Positions 37,351 through 44,996 of a DNA stretch of 46,811 bases are shown one piece after another. Positions within the stretch are counted from its first letter, which is position 1; every line of letters begins with the position of its first letter. Location of the stretch: positions 1-46,811 of the forward strand of contig JALVKL010000259.1 in the NCBI GenBank assembly GCA_027033775.1, read 5' to 3'. The DNA is from a bacterium (lineage in GTDB: Bacteria; Thermosulfidibacterota; Thermosulfidibacteria; Thermosulfidibacterales; Thermosulfidibacteraceae). Below the pieces are notes generated by a model. The model did not search any database, was not told where the DNA came from, and saw only the letters and a list, made by a program, of their open reading frames with translations. The position numbers and the translations under genes were made by a program.

Positions 37351-38344
37351 GGAAGATATTCTTCTTGTCCTTTCTAAAAACAGGGTTACTTGGTCATATT
37401 TTTGGAGATTTGTACAAAAGTATGGTTTAGAGAATCTGGATAAAATAAAGGATGAAAGATCAGATCTTAATTGGGATGAGAATGTAAGAGAGCAACTTGA
37501 AGATAAAAATATAAATTTTTTGAGTTTTTTTTCTGAAAAATACCCTAACAAGTTAAGAAGGTTAAAATACCCGCCTTACGTTATATTCTACAGAGGCAAT
37601 ATAGATTTACTTTTAAAGCCTATAATTTCCATTGTAGGAACAAGAAAAGCAAGTCCCCAAGGGAGGGACTTTGCTTATAACCTTTCAAGGGATATCGCTT
37701 CTGCTGGTTACGTGGTTGCTAGTGGATTGGCTATGGGAATAGATACATGGGCTCACAAAGGGGCTATCTCTCAAGGAGAGACCATAGCAGTTATGGGAAC
37801 TTCTATTGATGTTGTGTATCCTAAAAGCAATTGGCATCTTTTTAACCAGATATGCGAAAAGGGCCTTGTAATTTCTCCCTTTTGTCCTGTTACTACTCCT
37901 AAAAGGTATAATTTCCCTATTAGAAATGCTGTTATGGCAGCCATTTCTGACAAGTTGGTGGTTATAGAGGCTCCTCTTAAAAGCGGTGCTTTAATCACGG
38001 CAAAATTTGCCCTTGATATGGGAATCCCAGTTTATGCTGTTCCAGGAAGACCTAAAGATCCCTTAACTAAAGGAACCAACTGGCTTATAAAAAATAAAGC
38101 GCAGCTTTTAGACAGTGCAGAGGATATAATTGGTATACGCCAGGGGAAAAGGGAAAAACCTAATATTGTCCTTAAAGGGTTGGAGGCACAGGTATTTGAG
38201 TTGGTTTTGTCTGGTATAGGCTCTGTGGATGAGCTCTCTTGGAATTTGAATCTTGAGGTTGCCACTTTACAGCAGGTTCTTATGGCATTAGAAATAAAGG
38301 GTCTTGTAAAGAAGGGTATTGGGGGATTTTATGAAACGGCGTAA
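37343..38344 (+). CDS. dprA: DNA-processing protein A (Smf)
   Basis: 333 aa. Rossmann-like core ISIVGTRKASPQGRDFAYNL...SGLAMGIDTWAHKGA and a C-terminal winged-helix-like region. Confidence 0.9.
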   Translation: MSREDILLVLSKNRVTWSYFWRFVQKYGLENLDKIKDERSDLNWDENVREQLEDKNINFLSFFSEKYPNKLRRLKYPPYVIFYRGNIDLLLKPIISIVGTRKASPQGRDFAYNLSRDIASAGYVVASGLAMGIDTWAHKGAISQGETIAVMGTSIDVVYPKSNWHLFNQICEKGLVISPFCPVTTPKRYNFPIRNAVMAAISDKLVVIEAPLKSGALITAKFALDMGIPVYAVPGRPKDPLTKGTNWLIKNKAQLLDSAEDIIGIRQGKREKPNIVLKGLEAQVFELVLSGIGSVDELSWNLNLEVATLQQVLMALEIKGLVKKGIGGFYETA

Positions 38345-40211
38345 AAAAGATCTTATAATAGTGGAGTCGCCTTCAAAGGCAAAAACTATCTCTCATTATC
38401 TTGGCGATTCTTACGAGGTGAAGGCCAGCATGGGGCATGTGAAGGATCTGCCGGCAAATAAGATGGGAGTTAATATAGAAAGGGATTTTGAGCCTGAATA
38501 TGTGATAATAAAGGGTAAGGAGAAGGTTCTAAAGGAGCTTAAAAAAGCTGCGAAGTCAGCTAATAAGGTCTATCTTGCTTCAGATCCCGATAGAGAAGGG
38601 GAAGCTATAGCTTGGCATATTGCCAATGAGATTGGTGTTCCAGATAAAACTTTCAGAATAGTCTTCCATGAGATTACCAAAAGGGCTATAGAGGAAGCCC
38701 TAAAAAACCCTGAAGGGATAGATATAAGGAAGGTGGATTCTCAGCAGGCGAGGAGAGTATTGGATAGGTTGGTGGGTTACTCCCTCTCCCCTCTTTTATG
38801 GAGAAGAATTGACAAGGGTCTTTCAGCGGGAAGAGTTCAGTCTGTGGCTCTAAAGCTTATATGTGATCGTGAAAAGGAGATAGAAGAATTTGTTCCTGAG
38901 GAATATTGGAAGATAGAAGCTTTGCTGGGCTATGAAAACACAAATTTTGTTGCTGAGTTATTCAAGGTTAAAGGGGAGAAAATTCAAAGATTATCAAAGG
39001 ATGAAGCAGAAGATATATTTAAGCGTCTCAATGGCCAGTCTTTCTTCCTTGACAAGGTGGAAAAAAAGCAAAAGAAAGTAAAACCTAAACCCCCTTTTAT
39101 AACCAGCACCTTACAGCAGGAGGCCTTTAAGTTTTTTGGCTTCACTTCTAAAAAGACCATGATGATAGCTCAGCAGCTTTATGAAGGCATTGATATACCA
39201 GGCAAAGGATACACAGCCCTTATTACTTATATGAGGACAGATTCTGTCAGGGTAGCAGATCATGCTCTAAAATCTGTGCGTTCTTTTATAAAAAAACGCT
39301 TTGGAACCTCATATCTACCTTCTAAACCCAATGAGTACAAAACATCATCTTCCTCTCAGGATGCCCATGAGGCTATAAGACCTGTTAATGTTGATTTGAC
39401 CCCTGATGATCTTAGGGGAAAAATTCCCTCTGATCATTTAAAACTTTATGAGTTGATCTGGAGGAGGTTTGTAGCCTCTCAAATGAAGCCCGCTGTGATA
39501 GATTCCACTATTTTTGAGATTAAATCTGGTGATTACACCTTTAAAGCTACTGGATCTGTGTTAAAATTTGAAGGCTACAGGAAGGTTTACGAAGACACTA
39601 AGGACAAAGATGTTGTTCTTCCAGAAGCCAGTGAGGGAACTGAGTTCACAGTTTTGGAGATTAAAAAGACTCAACATTTTACCAAACCTCCCCCAAGGTA
39701 TACGGAAGCCTCTCTTATAAAGACTTTGGAGGAGAAGGGAATAGGCAGGCCTTCTACATATGCCACTATAGTTAGCACCATTATAGATAGGGGATATGTG
39801 GTAAGAGATAAAAAAGCCCTTATTCCCACTCCCTTGGGAAGAATAGTTTCTGAGGTTTTGGTCCGCAATTTTCCCAAAATAATGGATGTCTCCTTTACAG
39901 CAAGTATGGAGGAGGATCTTGATAGAATAGCGAAAGGGGAAATACAGTGGCGGGAGAGCATAAAGAATTTTTATATGTCCTTCTCGAAGGAATTGGAGAA
40001 GGCTTCTGAAAATCTTATGAAGTTGGACAATTACAGCCCTTTGAAATGCGAGAAGTGTGGAAGTCCTATGGTATTAAGAAAGAGCAAGTATGGTAAATTT
40101 TTGGCCTGTTCCGCTTATCCCAAGTGCAGAAATGTTAAATCCCTCAATCAGGTTGAAGGTGTAAAGAATGGGAGAAAGGGTAAAAACAAGGGATATAAAA
40201 AGAGAGCTTGA
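38331..40211 (+). CDS. topA: DNA topoisomerase I (short form with a single C-terminal Cys4 zinc ribbon)
   Basis: Toprim LIIVESPSKAKT, DPDREGEAIAWH, active-site Tyr in LITYMRTDS, and CEKCGSPM...CSAYPKC. ATG 38331 is preferred over TTG 38319. Confidence 0.95.
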   Translation: MKRRKKDLIIVESPSKAKTISHYLGDSYEVKASMGHVKDLPANKMGVNIERDFEPEYVIIKGKEKVLKELKKAAKSANKVYLASDPDREGEAIAWHIANEIGVPDKTFRIVFHEITKRAIEEALKNPEGIDIRKVDSQQARRVLDRLVGYSLSPLLWRRIDKGLSAGRVQSVALKLICDREKEIEEFVPEEYWKIEALLGYENTNFVAELFKVKGEKIQRLSKDEAEDIFKRLNGQSFFLDKVEKKQKKVKPKPPFITSTLQQEAFKFFGFTSKKTMMIAQQLYEGIDIPGKGYTALITYMRTDSVRVADHALKSVRSFIKKRFGTSYLPSKPNEYKTSSSSQDAHEAIRPVNVDLTPDDLRGKIPSDHLKLYELIWRRFVASQMKPAVIDSTIFEIKSGDYTFKATGSVLKFEGYRKVYEDTKDKDVVLPEASEGTEFTVLEIKKTQHFTKPPPRYTEASLIKTLEEKGIGRPSTYATIVSTIIDRGYVVRDKKALIPTPLGRIVSEVLVRNFPKIMDVSFTASMEEDLDRIAKGEIQWRESIKNFYMSFSKELEKASENLMKLDNYSPLKCEKCGSPMVLRKSKYGKFLACSAYPKCRNVKSLNQVEGVKNGRKGKNKGYKKRA

Positions 40212-42129
40212 GGAGTTTGCTGAAAGAATTGGTTGTCCAGTTGATGAGCTTGATTTTGATGTGATCTCCTTCGAGTTGGTGGGACCTGAGGATGGCAAGT
40301 ATAACGCGGAAATTGAGATTGAAATAGGATTAAAAACTCCTGGCCTAATCAAGGTATTTGATTGTGTGGTTGAAGTGGAGGATATGGAAAAAACCTCCCG
40401 TGCCTACCTTAAGGTGCTTCCCACTTTTCGTATGGACATAAACGATGAGCAGTTTAAAGAGGAAAGGTGCGAGCTCACTCAGGAGCAAGAAGAGGAGCTC
40501 TTTAAAGAGACTTTAAAGATTTTATTGTTAAATGGGGTTATATACGGGCATATTCCCAGGGATAAACTTTTAGATAAATGGGAGGAGGCTTTATTTAATA
40601 TTTATGCGCATAGAAAGCCTTACAAATTCATTGTAGCGGAAGGAAAACCTCCTAAGGATCCCTTTAGAAGGGAGGTGTATTTTATTCCTTTGGTTACTCC
40701 AGCAGGAAAGGTTATCAATGAAAGGACTGGTAGAATCAATTTTAAAGATAGGGGGTATAGTGACAGGGCTGTAAGTGCTGGGGATAGGCTTGCCCTTGTT
40801 GAGTTCATTCCTGGAGAATATGGCATAAGGGTGGATGGCTCTCTTATTCCATACACAGAATTAGATCCTCTTCCTTTTGAGGTGGATAAGGAAACAATAA
40901 AAATAGTAAGAAAAGAGGATAAAAACAGGATTATATTTGAGTTGTTTGCTTTAAAGGATGGTTATGTTTCTGTAGAGGAAGGGAAGTTCAGAATTTCAGA
41001 ATATGTAAAGGAGAAAAGTGTGGATTATTCCACAGGAAGCATTGTGTTTGATGAGGCCAGTGTAAACATAGAGATAACAGGTGAGGGAGAGGGTTCCTTT
41101 ATAGATGCTGTTAAAGACGGTTTTGAACTTATTTCTCCTGGTAAGAAGGTGGTGGTTAAGGGCAATGTTGGAAGAAAGGCTTTAGTTGAGGGGGGAGAGG
41201 TTATAATTGAAGGACTTGTTGCAAAGGACGCAGTGATTAGAGGCAAGATTTGTAAAGTTTCCAGTATAACCGATGCCACCATTGAAGCGGAAGATACAGC
41301 CTATGTTGGAAAGGCTTTTAGCTCTAAGATCAAATCTTCAAAGGTTTTTGCAGATATGCTTTCAGGATCCAAAGTTTATGCGGAAAAAGTTGTGGCTCTT
41401 AAGGTGATAAGGCATTCTGCCTTGTATGCTTACGATTTTATTATGGTGGAGCTGGGCGAAGATTTTAATCATTTTATCCTTTCAGGGGATGAGGTACCCA
41501 TGATCAGTATGAGATGGAGGGGTATGGAGCAGACCAAAAAGGCGTTGGAGAAGGAGAAGGACATAGAGTTACATGAGTTAAAAAAAATAGAAAAGAGGAT
41601 TGAGTCCACCGTTAATCTTGCTGTGGGTTACATGAAACCCGTTTTTAAGGATAAAACGGATAAGCTTAAAGCTCTCATTGTTTCCCTGCTCAATCAAAAC
41701 AACATCGAAAAGCTCAATGAGCTTATGCAAAAATTGCCTTCTCATGTGAGAGCCACTTTAAGCTCCACCACAGGGATGCTTAACAAAAAACAGGAAATAT
41801 TGAATAGGGTAAAAGAGATTGAGGATAGAATAAAAGAGGTTGAAAAAAGGTTAGAAAAAGAGCGTAACAAACCGGGAATTGTATGTGTTTTGGACAGGAT
41901 GATTAAAGACAATGTCATAAGGATAAGGCATCACAAAAGATACTTCACTGATTCTGTTAAAGGTCCAATAGCCTTTTACGATGATGAAGATGCACTTTTA
42001 AGTGTTACTGATGCCGATGTTATAGCCGATATAATAAAAAATAGAGTAGATGAAAATTTTATTCTCTCTGTGAGAGATTTTCTTCTTGATAAAGGTTTGA
42101 GAGTTTATGTGACCAAGTTGAAGCTATGA
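40168..42129 (+). CDS. DUF342/FapA-like protein (N-terminal domain, beta-helix repeat core, C-terminal coiled coil)
   Basis: 653 aa. SD AAGGTG upstream of the ATG, which lies 44 nt inside the topA 3' end. EGKPPKDPFRREV...INFKDRGYSDRAVSAGDRLA...GEYGIRVDGSLIP and VDYSTGSIVFDEASVNIEITGEG..., followed by short repeated V/I-x-G/A units, fit the DUF342 pattern. A coiled coil spans roughly residues 470-560. Confidence 0.65.
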   Translation: MGERVKTRDIKRELEEFAERIGCPVDELDFDVISFELVGPEDGKYNAEIEIEIGLKTPGLIKVFDCVVEVEDMEKTSRAYLKVLPTFRMDINDEQFKEERCELTQEQEEELFKETLKILLLNGVIYGHIPRDKLLDKWEEALFNIYAHRKPYKFIVAEGKPPKDPFRREVYFIPLVTPAGKVINERTGRINFKDRGYSDRAVSAGDRLALVEFIPGEYGIRVDGSLIPYTELDPLPFEVDKETIKIVRKEDKNRIIFELFALKDGYVSVEEGKFRISEYVKEKSVDYSTGSIVFDEASVNIEITGEGEGSFIDAVKDGFELISPGKKVVVKGNVGRKALVEGGEVIIEGLVAKDAVIRGKICKVSSITDATIEAEDTAYVGKAFSSKIKSSKVFADMLSGSKVYAEKVVALKVIRHSALYAYDFIMVELGEDFNHFILSGDEVPMISMRWRGMEQTKKALEKEKDIELHELKKIEKRIESTVNLAVGYMKPVFKDKTDKLKALIVSLLNQNNIEKLNELMQKLPSHVRATLSSTTGMLNKKQEILNRVKEIEDRIKEVEKRLEKERNKPGIVCVLDRMIKDNVIRIRHHKRYFTDSVKGPIAFYDDEDALLSVTDADVIADIIKNRVDENFILSVRDFLLDKGLRVYVTKLKL

Positions 42130-43760
42130 TTAGAAGGCTTGCCATTTTTAATTTAGGGATAATAGATTCTTTAGTTATTGATTTTAAGGAAGGTTTTACA
42201 GTGCTAACAGGGGAAACAGGCTCAGGGAAAAGCTTGATTTTGGGAGCTATTGCTTTGCTTTTTTCTCCAAAGGTTTCCTCTTCTATGATTAAGGGTGGGA
42301 AGGATTTTGCATTGATTGAAGGTGTTTTTGATATATCTTCCCATCATCGTATAAGGGATCTTCTTGAAGAATATGGCTTTCCTGTTGAGGATGAACTCGT
42401 AATAAAGAGGAAGCTCTCTTCTAAAGGAAAGGGAAGGATTTTTGTTAATCAAGTTATATCCAATACTAAGTTCTTATCCCTCATTAAGGGGATGCTTGTG
42501 GAGATTCAGTCTCAAAGGGATTTAAAGATTCTGGATTCTTCATACCAACTTGAGCTACTTGACAGGTTTGCTGGCGTTTGTGAGCTTGTTTCTGATTTTA
42601 GAAGAATTTATGCCGAGTATAAAAGGGTGCTGTCAGATATAAACGAGGTGGAGGATAAAAATGCTGAGATCAGGCGAAAGATCGATTATCTTAACTTTGC
42701 TGTTTCTGAGATAGAAAAGGTTAAGCCTGATCCTGATGAGGAAAAAAGATTGCTTAAAGAAAAGGAGTTTCTTGTTAATGTAGAAAGATTGAAGGAAGCC
42801 CTTGAGGCTTCTCTTTGTTACCTTTCTCAGGGAGAAATTAGTGCCAGTTCTCTAATTAAGGAAGCTTTAAGGTCCATTTCAAATATTTCCCACTTGGATT
42901 CAAGGGTAGACCTTTTTGTTTCCAGACTTAACGAGATTGTCAGCATTATAGACGATTTGGTTTTTGATATGACCAGCTACTTTGAAAGCTTGGACGTAGA
43001 TTCCTCAAGGTTAGAGGAGGTGGAAAATAGGCTTACTGAGTTTTATAAACTCAAGTTGAAGTACGGAAAAAGTATAGAGGATGTTTTAAACTTTTATAAT
43101 AAATCTTTAGAAGAACTTAGAGAGCTTGAAAAAAGGCTTTCTTCCATTGGTGAACTTAAAGCCAAAGCAGAAAGTCTTTATGAAAAGTTAAACGAAATTG
43201 CCATTAAATTGAGTGGGGAAAGGAAAAAAGCTGCAAGAATTCTTGCCAATAGAGTCGTTGAAGAGCTAAAAGAGCTTGGTTTTGAAAATCCCATATTTCA
43301 GATAATACTTGAAGGAAGAAAACAACTCACTGCATCAGGCTACGATGAGTGTTGTTTTTGCTTTTCAGCCAATCCAGATGTTGAGCCTAGACCGTTGGAT
43401 CAGGTGGTTTCTGGAGGGGAGCTTTCCAGAATTATAATTGCTTTAAAAAGTATATTTTCTGATATGGAGGACATTCCCACTTTGGTTTTGGATGAGGTAG
43501 ATTCTGGGATAGGAGGGAAGACAGCGGATTTAGTGGGCCATAAGCTGAGGTCCTTGGGAAATAAGAAGCAGATTTTGTGTGTAACACATTTTCCCCAGGT
43601 TGCAAGTAAAGCCCATCATCATATAAAGGTGGATAAGATTTTGAAAGGTGGGAGAACTTTTGTTAGTGTTGCCTATATTAGTGGTAAAAAGAGAGAGGAA
43701 GAGTTTGATAGAATGATGGGAAGTATAGCTGTAGGAGAGGATGGGAATGGTAAAAATTGA
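42126..43760 (+). CDS. recN: DNA repair protein RecN (SMC-like ATPase)
   Basis: 544 aa. Walker A LTGETGSGKSLI, long coiled coil, signature SGGELSR, and Walker B LVLDEVDSG. ATGA overlap with the DUF342 gene. Confidence 0.94.
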   Translation: MIRRLAIFNLGIIDSLVIDFKEGFTVLTGETGSGKSLILGAIALLFSPKVSSSMIKGGKDFALIEGVFDISSHHRIRDLLEEYGFPVEDELVIKRKLSSKGKGRIFVNQVISNTKFLSLIKGMLVEIQSQRDLKILDSSYQLELLDRFAGVCELVSDFRRIYAEYKRVLSDINEVEDKNAEIRRKIDYLNFAVSEIEKVKPDPDEEKRLLKEKEFLVNVERLKEALEASLCYLSQGEISASSLIKEALRSISNISHLDSRVDLFVSRLNEIVSIIDDLVFDMTSYFESLDVDSSRLEEVENRLTEFYKLKLKYGKSIEDVLNFYNKSLEELRELEKRLSSIGELKAKAESLYEKLNEIAIKLSGERKKAARILANRVVEELKELGFENPIFQIILEGRKQLTASGYDECCFCFSANPDVEPRPLDQVVSGGELSRIIIALKSIFSDMEDIPTLVLDEVDSGIGGKTADLVGHKLRSLGNKKQILCVTHFPQVASKAHHHIKVDKILKGGRTFVSVAYISGKKREEEFDRMMGSIAVGEDGNGKN

Positions 43761-43947
43761 CGAAGAAAGATGCAAGGGTTGTGGACTCTGTGTTACTGCA
43801 TGTCCCCATAAACTTCTTATGCTCTCTGAGAAAAAGGTGAATAAGCAGGGTTATCATCCTTGTATCTGCGTTTCTCAGGAAGATTGCACAGGTTGTGCTT
43901 TATGCGCGGAGATGTGTCCAGATATTTGTATTGAGGTGTACAGATGA
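43741..43947 (+). CDS. 2x[4Fe-4S] ferredoxin-type delta subunit of a 2-oxoacid:ferredoxin oxidoreductase
   Basis: 68 aa. CKGCGLCVTACP and CTGCALCAEMCP motifs. ATGA overlap with the following alpha subunit. The start may be the second ATG at 43747. Confidence 0.85.
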   Translation: MGMVKIDEERCKGCGLCVTACPHKLLMLSEKKVNKQGYHPCICVSQEDCTGCALCAEMCPDICIEVYR

Positions 43948-44984
43948 GCGAGAAGAGGCTTTGGAAAGGATGCGATGCTGTGGCAGAAGCTGCTATTAGG
44001 GCTGGGTGCAGGTTTTTTGCAGGGTATCCCATAACTCCCCAGTCTCAGATATTGGAATACATGTCTTGGCGTATGCAGGAGGTTGGAGGAGTATTCATAC
44101 AATCAGAGAGCGAACTTGCAGCTATAAACATGGTTATGGGGGCTTCCATAGCGGGATTTAGAGCTATGACTGCTTCTTCCAGTCCAGGTATAAGCTTAAT
44201 GCAAGAGGGCATATCTTATATGGCTGGTATGGAGCTTCCTGCTGTTATTGTAAATGTGAACAGAGGGGGACCAGGTCTGGGAGGTATTCAGCCCAATCAA
44301 GGGGATTACTTTCAGGCCACCAGAGGTGGAGGGCATGGCGATTACAGAACTTTAGTTCTTGCTCCCTCCACTGTACAGGAGGCTGTGAGATGTGTGTTTG
44401 ATGCCTTTGCCTTAGCTGATAAATACAGAAATCCCGTTGTTATTTTGATGGATGGTATAATAGCTCAGATGATGGAGTCTGTGGAGATAAAGGATGAATG
44501 GTATGTTCCTCCTCCTGAAAAACCTTGGGCTTTGAGAGGCTGTGAGGGCAGAGATCCCCAGATTATTAAATCCCTTTATCTTGGCCCTGGTGAGCTCACT
44601 CAGCATGATTGGAAGCTTTACAGGAAATACCAGTTAATGAAGGAAGAGCTTTGTTGGGAGACTTACGAGGTTCAAGAAGATATGGATCTTCTCATTGTGG
44701 CCTTTGGTACAGCTGCAAGGGTTGCTAAAACTGCCATAAAGTGGGCTAATTCCTCTGGAATTAGAGTGGGAATGTTCAGACCTATAACCCTGTTTCCTTA
44801 TCCAGAAGAGGCCTTAAGGAAGACAGCCTCTTTGGCAAAAAAAGTCTTGGTTTTGGAGATGAACACTGGCCAGATGCTGGAGGATGTGGAGAGGATTCTT
44901 GGAAAAAAGCCTGATTTTATGGGGAAACCCTCAGATGTCTTTTACCCAGAGGAAATTTTGGCTAAGATAGAGGAAAGTATTTGA
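43944..44984 (+). CDS. 2-oxoacid:ferredoxin oxidoreductase alpha subunit (KorA/VorB-type)
   Basis: 346 aa. AGYPITPQSQILEYM, ESELAAINMVMGAS, and VNVNRGGPGLG motifs. Substrate specificity is not assignable. Confidence 0.88.
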   Translation: MSEKRLWKGCDAVAEAAIRAGCRFFAGYPITPQSQILEYMSWRMQEVGGVFIQSESELAAINMVMGASIAGFRAMTASSSPGISLMQEGISYMAGMELPAVIVNVNRGGPGLGGIQPNQGDYFQATRGGGHGDYRTLVLAPSTVQEAVRCVFDAFALADKYRNPVVILMDGIIAQMMESVEIKDEWYVPPPEKPWALRGCEGRDPQIIKSLYLGPGELTQHDWKLYRKYQLMKEELCWETYEVQEDMDLLIVAFGTAARVAKTAIKWANSSGIRVGMFRPITLFPYPEEALRKTASLAKKVLVLEMNTGQMLEDVERILGKKPDFMGKPSDVFYPEEILAKIEESI

Positions 44985-44996
44985 GTGGAGGCGGTT

